Of a DNA stretch of 64,000 bases, positions 45,674 through 54,984 are shown one piece after another (within the stretch, counting starts at the first letter, position 1; every line of letters begins with the position of its first letter). The translations under genes and the position numbers were made by a program. Where the stretch lies: the NCBI GenBank assembly GCA_965199715.1, contig OZ241322.1, positions 384,001 through 448,000 of the forward strand, given 5' to 3'. Under the pieces are notes generated by a model, which saw nothing but the letters and a program-made list of their open reading frames with translations, was not told the origin of the DNA and made no database searches. This DNA comes from Vicinamibacteria bacterium (lineage in GTDB: Bacteria > Acidobacteriota > Vicinamibacteria > Marinacidobacterales > Marinacidobacteraceae).

Positions 45674-48600
45674 TTAACGCACACTCGGGGGGCGCGGGGT
45701 GAGCCGGGGCGGCCCGCCGTCCCGCAGCGCCTCGTTCAGCGCGGCGATCCGGGCGCGCACGGCCTCCCACGCCGCGATCCGCTCCTCGTACTCGGCGCCG
45801 AGGGCGTCCATGCGGGCGAGCGTCTCGGCGCCGGGAGCCTCGGTGTAGGCGTCGAGGTTCCGGGCCTCGCCGGCGATCCGGGCGAAGAGCGGCCTCGGCC
45901 CCGGGGAGAAGCGCTGGCGGCCCTCGGTCCGCGAGAGGTTCCGCGTCGCCTCGGCGGCCGCCTCATGGAACTCGGAGACGCGCGTCTTCAGCTCGCCGTC
46001 CGGCTCCTCCGCGAACGCCTCGACCAGCGCCGCGGCCTCCTTCGCGGCCGCGTCAGCGGCCTCGTGGGCGCGGTGCATCCCGGAGATCATCCCGGTGAGC
46101 CGGATGAGCGCGGCGTGGTTCGCCCGCCGGTCGGCCTCCGGAATCATGATCCGCGGATCCTCGGAGACGGCGACCGTTCCCTCGGCGGCGGCGGCGCCGC
46201 TCGCGACCCGGACCGAGAACGTTCCGGGAAGGGTGCGCGGACCCGACGGAGGCCCGCCGAACCCCTGCCCTGCCCCGGGGACCGGCGGATCGTGCCGGAG
46301 GTCCCACGCGATCCGGTTCAGCCCGGGCTCCAGCTCCGCCTCGAGCGTCCGCACGGTCGCGCCGTCGCCGCCCGTCACCGTCACCGACGCCTTTCCCGCC
46401 TCGGCGGCGTACACGTGCAGCAGCGCGCCTTCGGGCGGGTTCTCGGCGATGAAGAACTTGTGGCCGGTGTTGCCCTTGTGCGTGTACATCCGCCACTGGA
46501 CAGCGGCCCGCACCGGGAACAGGTGGAGCGGCTTCTCGAAGACCGAGGCGTCGAGCGAACTCAGCGGGGCGATGTCGTCGGCGATCCAGACGCTGCGCCC
46601 GTGCGTTCCGAGGATGAGGTCGTTCTCGCGGGGGTGGATCGCGAGGTCGTCCACCGGGACGGTCGGGATCTGGCCGCGGATGCGATGCCAGTTCGCGCCC
46701 CGGTCGAGCGTCAGATAGACCCCGAACTCCCCGCCGGCGACGAGCAGGTTCTCGTTGTCGTGGTGCTCGCGGATGACGTTCAGCGCCGCCTCCGGCGGGA
46801 GCGTGGCGGCGAGCGAGCGGAAGCGGTCGCCGTAGTCGTCGCTCGCGAAGACCCACGTGCGGTAGTCGTCGTTGCGGTGCCCGTCGAGGGTGACGTAGAG
46901 CCGGCCCGCCGCGTGCGCGGAGGCGACCAGCCGGGTCACGTAGGTCCGGTCGGGGACGCCGGGGAGGTTTCCGGTCAGGTCGTCCCAGTTCGCGCCGCCG
47001 TCGCGGCTGCGCATCAGGTTCCCGTCGTCGGCCCCCGCGTAGATCACGCCGACCTCGAGCGGCGAGACCGCGATGGTCACGATCTGGCCGTAGGTCGAGA
47101 TGCCGTCGTGCCGCGAGAGCGCGTCCTCGGTCACCGGAATCCCCATGATCGGCAGCTCGTCGCGATCGATGCGCTTGGTCAGGTCCTCGGTGCGGGTCCA
47201 TGCGTCGCCTCGGTTCGTGGAGATGAAGAGCCGGTTGCCGCCGTAGAGCACGGTGTTCGGGTCGTGGGGCGAGATCACGATCGGGCTGTTCCAGTCGAAG
47301 CGGTAGCGCTCGCCGGCGTCCTCGGGCTGGGGGCGGATGAGCTTGGTCTCGGAGGTGCGGCGGTTCAGCCGGCGCAGGTTGCCGTTCTGCGACTCGACGT
47401 ACACGGTGTCCGGGTCGTTGGGGATCGCCTGCGTGTAGAAGCCGTCGCCGCCGCCCACGCGGAACCAGTCCTCGTTGCTGATCCCCTGGCGGAAGAAGGT
47501 GCGCGACGGGGCCGCCCAGCTTCCGTTGTCCTGGAGGCCGCCGTATACCAGGTAGGGCGTGCTCATGTCGTGCCCGATCTCGTAGAACTGGCCAAGCGGG
47601 ATCGTGTTCACGAAGTCCCAGGTGCGCCCCCGGTCCCACGAGATGTGGATCCCGCCGTCGTTGCCGAGCACCATGTGGTTCGAGTCGGCGGGGTTGATCC
47701 ACAGCGCGTGGTGGTCCACGTGGATGCGCTGGACCCAGTCGGTGTCGAAGGTGCGGCCCCCGTCCTGCGAGTAGTGGATCCGGGTGCCCAGGACCCAGAT
47801 GCGCTGGTCGTTATTGGGATCGATGCGGATCTGGCTGTAGTACATCGGGCGCGGGTTCGTGTCGCTCATCCGCTCCCAGGTGAGCCCGCGGTCCTCGGAG
47901 CGGAACACGCCGCCGTCCCGGTGCTCGACGATCGCGTACACGATCCGCGGATCCCGGCGATAGACCGCGAGCCCGATGCGGCCGACGTCCCCCTCGGGGA
48001 GGCCCCCGCCGAGCTTCGTCCACGTCTCCCCGCCGTCGGTGGTGCGGTGGATTCCGCCGCCCGGCCCCCCGCCCGCGAAGCCGTAGGCGCGCCGACGGCG
48101 CTGGTAGAGCGCCGCGTAGAGGATGTCCGGGCTCGCCCGGTCCATCGCGAGCTCGACGGCGCCGGTGTTCTCGTCACCGAAGAGCGTTCGGTCCCAGGTC
48201 TCCCCGCCGTCGCGCGTCCGATAGACGCCGCGCTCCTCGTTGGGTCCCCACAGGTGGCCGAGCGCCGCGACGTACGCCGTCTCGGGATCCGTCGGGTGCA
48301 CGAGCACCCGGCCGATGTGGTGGGTGTCCTCGAGGCCCTTGTGCTCCCACGTGGTTCCGCCGTCCCTCGAGAGGTACACCCCGTTGCCCCACGAGCTGCT
48401 CTGGCGGTTCGCCGGTTCGCCGGTGCCCACCCAGACGACCGAGGGGTCCGACGGGGCGACCGCGACCGAGCCGATCGAGGAGACCTCCTCGTTCTGGAAC
48501 TGGGGGATCCACGTCGTGCCGTGGTTCTCGGTCTTCCAGAGGCCGGCGCTCGCGGTGGCCATCCAGAAGATGCGCGGATCGGACTCGACGACGGCGACGT

Positions 48601-48763
48601 CGTCGATCCGGCCTCCCATGATCGCCGGGCCGATGTTCCGCCACTCGATCCGGTTCAGGATGGACTCGACCTGCTCCCGGGTCTGGGCGAGGCCGGAGCC
48701 CGCCGAAGCGAGCAGGAGAAGCAGCAGCGCGGCCAAGCGGCGCGCGGTCGGCGAAACGAACAT
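45674..48763 (-). CDS. VPS10/sortilin (BNR-repeat) glycosyl hydrolase-like protein
   Basis: WRNIGP, repeated SxDGGxTW Asp-boxes, GGLQDNG, GGGDG, GTHGR. Confidence 0.9.
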   Translation of the reverse strand: MFVSPTARRLAALLLLLLASAGSGLAQTREQVESILNRIEWRNIGPAIMGGRIDDVAVVESDPRIFWMATASAGLWKTENHGTTWIPQFQNEEVSSIGSVAVAPSDPSVVWVGTGEPANRQSSSWGNGVYLSRDGGTTWEHKGLEDTHHIGRVLVHPTDPETAYVAALGHLWGPNEERGVYRTRDGGETWDRTLFGDENTGAVELAMDRASPDILYAALYQRRRRAYGFAGGGPGGGIHRTTDGGETWTKLGGGLPEGDVGRIGLAVYRRDPRIVYAIVEHRDGGVFRSEDRGLTWERMSDTNPRPMYYSQIRIDPNNDQRIWVLGTRIHYSQDGGRTFDTDWVQRIHVDHHALWINPADSNHMVLGNDGGIHISWDRGRTWDFVNTIPLGQFYEIGHDMSTPYLVYGGLQDNGSWAAPSRTFFRQGISNEDWFRVGGGDGFYTQAIPNDPDTVYVESQNGNLRRLNRRTSETKLIRPQPEDAGERYRFDWNSPIVISPHDPNTVLYGGNRLFISTNRGDAWTRTEDLTKRIDRDELPIMGIPVTEDALSRHDGISTYGQIVTIAVSPLEVGVIYAGADDGNLMRSRDGGANWDDLTGNLPGVPDRTYVTRLVASAHAAGRLYVTLDGHRNDDYRTWVFASDDYGDRFRSLAATLPPEAALNVIREHHDNENLLVAGGEFGVYLTLDRGANWHRIRGQIPTVPVDDLAIHPRENDLILGTHGRSVWIADDIAPLSSLDASVFEKPLHLFPVRAAVQWRMYTHKGNTGHKFFIAENPPEGALLHVYAAEAGKASVTVTGGDGATVRTLEAELEPGLNRIAWDLRHDPPVPGAGQGFGGPPSGPRTLPGTFSVRVASGAAAAEGTVAVSEDPRIMIPEADRRANHAALIRLTGMISGMHRAHEAADAAAKEAAALVEAFAEEPDGELKTRVSEFHEAAAEATRNLSRTEGRQRFSPGPRPLFARIAGEARNLDAYTEAPGAETLARMDALGAEYEERIAAWEAVRARIAALNEALRDGGPPRLTPRPPSVR

Positions 48764-48821
48764 GGAGGAACCTCCGGGGCGGCGCGTGAAGCGGGCGAGC
48801 GTACAACACGCCCGCCCGGTC

Positions 48822-50615
48822 TCAGGTCCGGCGTTCCACGGTCACGGAGACGATGTCCACCTCGTGATAATTTCGGTGGCGCACCGCCGCCGCGTGGTGG
48901 CGCAGGAGGCGCAGCGAGAGGTCGCGCTCCATCGAGGCGCCCGCGGGATCGCCCAGCGCGAACAGCCGATCCTCGATGTTCCCCTCGGAAGGCGCCGCCA
49001 CGAACTCCACCTCCACCGAACGGGCGTCGCCCCGGGCGCTCACCCGAAGCTTCCGGTCCGAAGCCTTGTCCTCGCCGCCGAGCACGAGGAGCCCCGCGGT
49101 GGGAATCCCGGTTCCGCGGGATGGTCCTGAAGAAGCCTCGTCCTCGCCGCCGAGCACGAGGAGCGCCTCCTCGCCGGTCGAGCGCAGCCGCTCGCGCGAA
49201 CGCTCGTCCCAGCGGCGACCCTCGGCCCAGGAGACGAGGAAGTCGTCCAGCTTCGGCATCGCGCCCGTATCCAGCGTCGTCTCGAGGCGGAAGGTCTTCG
49301 GGCCGGTGGCGTGGAGGAACAGCATCAGGAGCAGGATCGCCGCGCCGCCCGCGGTCATGCCGTTCCCGAGCAGCGCCCCCCAGAACTCCCCGAGCGAGTC
49401 GGAAAAGATAAGGCCCCCCTGGAATCCCGCGCCGATCCAGTACGCGACTCCGATGACGGTGGCGGCGCGGAAGTCCACGCCGTCGCGGACCGCGACGCGC
49501 GCCCCGATCACGAAAAGGACGCCGATCAACACGAAGATGTATCCGGCGATGACCGGATCGGGGAGCGCGATCAGCAGCGCCGCCGCCTTGGGCACGAACG
49601 CGACGACCAGGAAAAAGGCGCCGATGTAGATCCCGACCCGGCGCGAGGCCACGCCGGTGAGCTCGGTGAGCGAGATGCTGCTCGAGTACGTCGTGTTGGG
49701 CGGCACCCCGAGCGCGCCGGAGAGCAGGTTCCCCACTCCGTCGGCGCCGAGCGCTCCCTGGACCACGCGGTAGTCTGGGGCGCGGCGCTTGCGCCACGAG
49801 ACCTGCTGGATGGCGACGGCGTCGCCGAGCGTCTCGATGGCCCCCACCAGCGTGACGAGGACGAACGCCGGAAGCAGCGCCCAGAAGGCCGGACCGAAGG
49901 AGAGATCCAGACCTGGCCACGCCGAGTCGGGAAGACCGATCCACGCCGCCTCGCCGACAGGCCGGTAGTCGCCGAGCCCTAGGAAGGCGGCGAGCGTCGC
50001 CCCGATGACGACCCCGATGATCGGCCCCCACAGGCGCAGAATTCCCGGGGCCCGCAGCGCCATCCCGACCGCGATGAGCATGGTGACGGCGAACGCCGCC
50101 GGAGCGGCGTTCGGGGACGCGCCGGCGGTGGAGTTGTCCATCATGTCGAAGACGATGGGCATGACCGTCACCGCGATCAGCATGATGATCGTGCCGGCGA
50201 CCGCGGGCGTGATGATCCGTCGCACCGCGGCCATCCGGCGCACCAGCAGGAACTGGAAGAACGACGAGGCCACCACGAGCGTCGCGAGCAGGCCCGGCCC
50301 GCCCTCGACCAGCGCGGTCACGCACACCGAGATGAACGCTCCGGACGTGCCCATCATGAGGACGTGGCCGGCGCCGAGGCGCCCGAGCCGGACCGCCTGC
50401 AGCATCGTGGTGAGTCCGCTGATCAGCAGCGCCCCGAAGACGGACCAAGCGACCCATGACTCGGCGGCGCCCGCCGCTCGGGCGATGATGAGCGGCGTGA
50501 TGGCGATCCCGCCGACGGTGAGGACGGCGGCCTGGACTCCGAGGCCGGCCGCGATCCACTCGGGCGGTCGCTCGTCGGGCTGGTAGCGGACATCCCGCTC
50601 GGCGGACTCACTCAT
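48822..50615 (-). CDS. NCS2 xanthine/uracil permease with extra C-terminal soluble domain
   Basis: YQPDERP, GVQ, IETLGD, ADG, PNTTYSSS, TGVASR, FVPK; about 160-aa cytoplasmic tail. Confidence 0.88.
   Translation of the reverse strand: MSESAERDVRYQPDERPPEWIAAGLGVQAAVLTVGGIAITPLIIARAAGAAESWVAWSVFGALLISGLTTMLQAVRLGRLGAGHVLMMGTSGAFISVCVTALVEGGPGLLATLVVASSFFQFLLVRRMAAVRRIITPAVAGTIIMLIAVTVMPIVFDMMDNSTAGASPNAAPAAFAVTMLIAVGMALRAPGILRLWGPIIGVVIGATLAAFLGLGDYRPVGEAAWIGLPDSAWPGLDLSFGPAFWALLPAFVLVTLVGAIETLGDAVAIQQVSWRKRRAPDYRVVQGALGADGVGNLLSGALGVPPNTTYSSSISLTELTGVASRRVGIYIGAFFLVVAFVPKAAALLIALPDPVIAGYIFVLIGVLFVIGARVAVRDGVDFRAATVIGVAYWIGAGFQGGLIFSDSLGEFWGALLGNGMTAGGAAILLLMLFLHATGPKTFRLETTLDTGAMPKLDDFLVSWAEGRRWDERSRERLRSTGEEALLVLGGEDEASSGPSRGTGIPTAGLLVLGGEDKASDRKLRVSARGDARSVEVEFVAAPSEGNIEDRLFALGDPAGASMERDLSLRLLRHHAAAVRHRNYHEVDIVSVTVERRT
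49060..49164. repeat. 33-bp direct repeat pair (1 mismatch) flanking a 39-bp hairpin-forming spacer
   Basis: GAAGCCT(T/C)GTCCTCGCCGCCGAGCACGAGGAGC at 49060-49092 and 49132-49164; the protein shows LLVLGGED twice. Confidence 0.85.
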
Positions 50616-50639
50616 GCTGACCTCTGGGCTTTCGGCGAA

Positions 50640-51446
50640 TCATGCCGTCGCCCGCCTGCCGCCCCTGGCTTCGGGGACCAGCGGCTCGTCCCACATGGAC
50701 TCGAACAGGAAATCGCGGCTCTCGTGGAGCCGATGATCCCCGCCCTCGATCTCGACGAGTTCCGCGGCCGGGCACTCGGCGGCGAAGTCGCGCGACAGCG
50801 ATACCGGCACGACCTCGTCGTTGGCTCCGTGGAAGATGCGGGCAGGAACCCCGAGCTCCCGCGCCAGCCGCGCGGTGGGATACCGCGCCTCGTCGGCGAC
50901 GGCCCCGGAACCCACCTTGAGGATCCTATCCCCCACCTCGACCGAGATGGCGCCGTCGGCGTCCCACGCTTCGCGCCGCTCGGCCGGAAGCTCGGCGCGG
51001 AACCGGGCGAACATCAGGAACGCCGGCGCGATGGCGTAGGCCTGCCGGACGACGTCGGGGCGTTGGGCCGCGTACCACAGCGCGGCGATCCCGCCCATCG
51101 AGGAGCCGATGAGCGTGAACGGGCCGCTCGTGCGTTCGCGCAGGAAGCGCAGCGTCCGATCGAGGTCCTTGAGGTTCCGCGTGAGCGAAAGGTCCCGGCA
51201 ATCGCCGCCCGAATCACCGTGCCCGGTGCAGTCCGCGGCCGCGAAGCCGGGACCGCGGCGGTAGAGCCAGTCGCGGAAGCGGTTCGGCTTGCCGCCGTTC
51301 CGGTCCGATCCGAGCCCGTGGAGGAAGACCCACGCCGGGGCGTCGTCGGTCGCTCCCGGGGTCCACGAGAGCGCGAGCGGCGCCTGGCCCGGTTCCGCGG
51401 GGGGGATCCGCAGGTCGAGGATGCGATGCGGGGAGGGAGGGATCAT
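50640..51446 (-). CDS. Alpha/beta hydrolase
   Basis: FLHGLGSD, GHGDS, GSSMGG, HGANDEVV, GGDH. Confidence 0.9.
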   Translation of the reverse strand: MIPPSPHRILDLRIPPAEPGQAPLALSWTPGATDDAPAWVFLHGLGSDRNGGKPNRFRDWLYRRGPGFAAADCTGHGDSGGDCRDLSLTRNLKDLDRTLRFLRERTSGPFTLIGSSMGGIAALWYAAQRPDVVRQAYAIAPAFLMFARFRAELPAERREAWDADGAISVEVGDRILKVGSGAVADEARYPTARLARELGVPARIFHGANDEVVPVSLSRDFAAECPAAELVEIEGGDHRLHESRDFLFESMWDEPLVPEARGGRRATA

Positions 51447-52117
51447 GAATCGAGGCGGGCGCGGGCGTCGCGGAAGACTGCGTGGAAGGCGGGCCGGGTC
51501 AGCCGGCCGGTGAACGTGTTCTGCTGGCTCGGGTGGAAGCTGGAGAGGAGGACCGGGCCCCCCGGAAGCCGCGCCGACGCGCCGTGGCCGAACCGCGGCT
51601 TCGGGCGCGGAAGCGGCCGGCCGGATTCGGCGAACGCCCGGAGGAACCCGGCGTGCGCGACCGCCCCCAGGACGAGGACGACCTCGAGGTGCGTCGAGCG
51701 CGCGATCTCCTCCAGCAGGAAGGGCCGGCATGCCCGGAGCTCGTCGCCGAGCGGACGGTTGTCGGGCGGGGCGCAGTGGCAGACGGCGGTGACCCGCGCG
51801 TCCAACAGGCGCAGGCCGTCGCCGGAGCGTTCCGAGACCGGGCGATCGGCGAACCCGAACCGGTGGAGCGCTTCGAAGAGCCATTCCCCCGACCGGTCGC
51901 CGGTGAACATCCGTCCGGTGCGGTTCGCGCCGTGGGCGGCCGGCGCGAGGCCGACGACGAGAAGCCGCGGGTTCTCGACGCCGAACGAGGGAACCGCCCG
52001 GGCCCAGTAACGCTCCCCGGCGAACCGCTTCGGGGGGCGCCGGGCGACCTCCTCCCGGTGGGTCACGAGGCGTTCGCAGGCGCGGCAGGCGGCGATTCGG
52101 TCGGCGAGGGGTTCCAC
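51443..52117 (-). CDS. udgB: Uracil-DNA glycosylase family 5 (Fe-S)
   Basis: CRAC, GLAPAAHGANRTGRMFTGD, HCAPPDN, HPSQQNT. Confidence 0.9.
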   Translation of the reverse strand: MEPLADRIAACRACERLVTHREEVARRPPKRFAGERYWARAVPSFGVENPRLLVVGLAPAAHGANRTGRMFTGDRSGEWLFEALHRFGFADRPVSERSGDGLRLLDARVTAVCHCAPPDNRPLGDELRACRPFLLEEIARSTHLEVVLVLGAVAHAGFLRAFAESGRPLPRPKPRFGHGASARLPGGPVLLSSFHPSQQNTFTGRLTRPAFHAVFRDARARLDS

Positions 52118-52141
52118 GGGCCGCGGAATTAGACTCGACGC

Positions 52142-53070
52142 GTGCGGACGCCGCGAATCGCCGTCGCCGTGTCCGCGTGTCTCCTCGGGGAGCGCGTGCG
52201 GTACGACGGCGACCATTCCTTCGACCGCGGGGTCGCAGGCCTCGGCGCGGTCTTCGACCTGATTCCCGACTGCCCCGAGGTCGGCGTCGGCCTCGGCGCG
52301 CCCCGCTCGCGCATCCACCTGCGGGAGCGGCGGGGCGAAATCCGCTCGATCGGCGCCGACGGAGAGGACCTGACCGGCGCGATGCGGGCGTACTCCGAAC
52401 GCGCGGCGGCGCGCTTGCGGGCGGCGGGCGCGGCCGGGATCGTGCTGAAGTCGCGTTCGCCGAGCTGCGGGATCGGCGACGCCCTCGTCCACGGCGGGGC
52501 CGAGCGCACCGGCTCCGGGGTCCACGCCGCCGCGCTTCTCCGCGCGCTGCCCGACATCCCGGCGATCACCGACGACCGCTTGGGAGACCCGGCCGCGCGG
52601 GACGACTGGATCACCCGGGTGTACGGGCTCGTCGAGGCGCGGCGGATAGGCCCCCGGATGCGCGACGTCCACCGGTTCCACTCCCGGTGGAAGACGGCGC
52701 TCATGGCGCACGACGCATCCGCCGCGCGCCGCCTCGGCCGGACGCTGAGGGTCCGGGAGGACGCCAGGCGGCTTCGGAAGGAGTACCGGCGCGGCTTTCT
52801 CGAGGCGCTCTCGGCGCCGTCGTCGGTCGGGGCGCACCAGGACGTCCTCCAGCGCCTCGCCGGCCATCTCGACCGCCGCGGCGCGGTCCACGAGGCCATC
52901 GCCGGGGTACAGACGGCTCGCTCCCCCTCGCCGAGCCGATCCTGCGGATCGCCGCGCTCGGAGCCGGGACGCCCACGCTCGCGGACCAGGCGTAACTCGA
53001 CCCCCGGCCGGCGGCGCTTCGCTACCGGGAGGCGCCGTGGCCCGCCGGCTCCCGGACCACGCTGCGGTAG
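52142..53070 (+). pseudogene. DUF523 (TudS-like) + DUF1722 (YbgA) protein with disrupted C-terminus
   Basis: SACLLGERVRYDG, CPE, KSRSPSCG, FHSRWK..LMAH. Frameshift near 52905-52911, then LPLAEP...DQA*LDP with TAA at 52993-52995. Confidence 0.75.
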
Positions 53071-54170
53071 AGGGCCTCATAGCGGGGCAGGACCAGTTCC
53101 GCCGCGAAGCGGTCGCGGGCGCGCTCGAACCCCGCCCGGCCCATCCGCCCCCGCGCCGCGTCGTCGGTCAGCAGCGCGAGCGCCGCGTCCGCCATGGCCC
53201 GCACCTCGCCCACCGGGAACAGCCGGCCGCTCTCGCCGTCCCGCACGACCTCGGGCAGGCCGCCGATCGTAGTGGCGATGACCGGAACCCGCGCTCGCAT
53301 CGCCTCCAGCGCGGTGAGGCCGAAGCTCTCCTGCTCGCTCGGGAGCAGCAGCAGGTCGGCCTGCGCGAGCGGCCCCTGGATGTCGTCCTGCTGGCCGGCG
53401 AACGCGACGTCCCCGGCGAGGCCGAACTCCCGCACGAGCTGCTGCGCGAACAGGCGTTCGGGCCCCTCGCCGACCAGCACCAGCTTGGCCGGCACGCGCT
53501 CGCGCACCAGCCGGAAGACGCGGATCACGTCCCCCACCCGCTTCACCGGCCGGAAGTTCGAGATGTGCATCAGAATCGGCTCGCCGCCCGGCGCCCACCG
53601 CCGCCGCGCGTCGGGGTCGGCGTCGGGATGCGGGGGCGCGACGTCCACGAAATTGGGGATGACCTCAATGGGGAGATCGGGGGTGAAGTCCCGGCGGGTG
53701 CGGTCGGCCAGATACCGGGAGACGGCGGTCACCGCGTCGGACTGCTCGAGCGCGAACCGGATCACCCGATGGAAGGAGCGGTCGGCGCCCACGAGCGTGA
53801 TGTCGGTGCCGTGGAGCGTGGTGACGAGCCGCGTCTCGCCGGCGCCGATGATCTCCCGCGCGAGGAACGCGCTCACCGCGTTCGGCACCGCGTAGTGGGC
53901 GTGGATCACGTCGAGCCCGCCGATCCCGGCGGCCACTTCGGCCAGCTTGGTCGCGAGCCCGAGCGTGTAGGGCGGCCAGCGGAACAGCGGATACGACGCG
54001 ATCTCGACCTCGTGCAGCGAGATTCCGGGATGGAACCGCCGCAGCCGGAACGGGACCGCGTAGCTGACGACGTGAACCTCGTGGCCGCCGCTCGCAAGGC
54101 CGATCGCGAGATCGGACGCGACCGCGCCGCTGCCTCCGTGGGTCGGATAACAGACGATCGCGATCCGCAC
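53022..54170 (-). CDS. bshA: N-acetyl-alpha-D-glucosaminyl L-malate synthase
   Basis: CYPTHGGSG, HAHYAVP, TTLHGTDITLVG, HISNFRPVKR, ESFGLTALEAM. Confidence 0.93.
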   Translation of the reverse strand: MRIAIVCYPTHGGSGAVASDLAIGLASGGHEVHVVSYAVPFRLRRFHPGISLHEVEIASYPLFRWPPYTLGLATKLAEVAAGIGGLDVIHAHYAVPNAVSAFLAREIIGAGETRLVTTLHGTDITLVGADRSFHRVIRFALEQSDAVTAVSRYLADRTRRDFTPDLPIEVIPNFVDVAPPHPDADPDARRRWAPGGEPILMHISNFRPVKRVGDVIRVFRLVRERVPAKLVLVGEGPERLFAQQLVREFGLAGDVAFAGQQDDIQGPLAQADLLLLPSEQESFGLTALEAMRARVPVIATTIGGLPEVVRDGESGRLFPVGEVRAMADAALALLTDDAARGRMGRAGFERARDRFAAELVLPRYEALYRSVVREPAGHGASR

Positions 54171-54210
54171 GGCGGGAAGCCTAGCCCCGCCGCGCCGCGG
54201 CTTTTTTCCG

Positions 54211-54295
54211 TACACTTCGTTGACCGGCTCCGGCGCCAACGGCGAACTCCGGGGTCGGATGACCCTTCGCCGTCATCCCGGAGGAGAAGCGACCG
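54211..54295 (+). promoter_or_regulatory. -10 box (TACACT) and structured leader of the CBS gene
   Basis: Two mutually exclusive helix sets; SD GGAGGAG at 54280-54286. Confidence 0.5.
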
Positions 54296-54733
54296 ATGGA
54301 CCCACTGCTCAAGATCAGTGATCGCCCCCCCACGGCGGTGTCTCCCTCGGACACGGTTCGCGAAGCGGTCCAGGCGATGATCGATCACGGGGTCGGCGCG
54401 ACCGTGGTCGTGAAGGACGACGGCTCCATCGCCGGCATCTTCACCGAGCGGGACGTCATGAGTCGGGTCGTGGCCAAGCACCGCGATCCCGAGACCGTGC
54501 GCGTCGAGCAAGTCATGACCCGCCGGCCGGCGACGGTGCCGCTCGGCACCTCGCTTGAGGACGCGCTGGAGCGCATGGTCTCGCGCGACTTCCGCCACAT
54601 CCCCATCGTCGAGGAAAGCCACCCGGTCGCCATCGCCAGCGTGCGTCGAGTGCTCAAGTACAAGCTGGACCAAGGCAAGGAAGAGCTGGAATCGCTCGTC
54701 AGCTACTTCGACGCCGACGGCCCGGGCGGCTGA
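54296..54733 (+). CDS. Stand-alone tandem CBS domain protein
   Basis: GIFTERD, VMTR, FRHIPIV. Confidence 0.92.
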   Translation: MDPLLKISDRPPTAVSPSDTVREAVQAMIDHGVGATVVVKDDGSIAGIFTERDVMSRVVAKHRDPETVRVEQVMTRRPATVPLGTSLEDALERMVSRDFRHIPIVEESHPVAIASVRRVLKYKLDQGKEELESLVSYFDADGPGG

Positions 54734-54751
54734 TTCCGCGAACGGGATCCG

Positions 54752-54964
54752 TCAGCGCGCGCCTTCGGGCTTATTCTTCGACAGGAGCCAGCCCAGGACG
54801 AACAGCGCCGCGCCGGCGCCGGTCGCGGCGAGCATCGGGCGCATCTCCGTGGTGCCGAAGAACAGCGCCATCGCCCCGGTGACCACGAGCATCCCCGCCA
54901 TTTGGAGCGCCCGGCCGGCGTAGTAGCGCATCCACTCCAACTGGAAGGCGCGGTCGGAAGGCAT
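54752..54964 (-). CDS. Small two-TM membrane protein
   Basis: MPSDRAFQLEWMRYYAGRALQMAG...; downstream of mutL. Confidence 0.6.
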   Translation of the reverse strand: MPSDRAFQLEWMRYYAGRALQMAGMLVVTGAMALFFGTTEMRPMLAATGAGAALFVLGWLLSKNKPEGAR

Positions 54965-54984
54965 CGGGGAATCTTCGCGCACTC

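Noticed and set aside
49060-49164. Repeat-spacer-repeat with CRISPR-like sizes (33/39 bp)
   Set aside because: Only two copies, inside an intact CDS, the repeat is ordinary coding sequence, and there are no cas genes or leader.
45965-49411. Very long alternative ORFs (e.g. 45965..49411 +, 34000..37101 -, 55955..58921 +, 21466..24228 +, 1563..3596 +)
   Set aside because: Antisense or off-frame shadows of real genes, typical of high-GC DNA; Arg/Pro/Gly-rich with no motifs.
54189-54207. Hairpin + T6 as terminator of a plus-strand gene
   Set aside because: Short stem lying between divergent promoters, with no plus-strand gene ending nearby; function unsupported.
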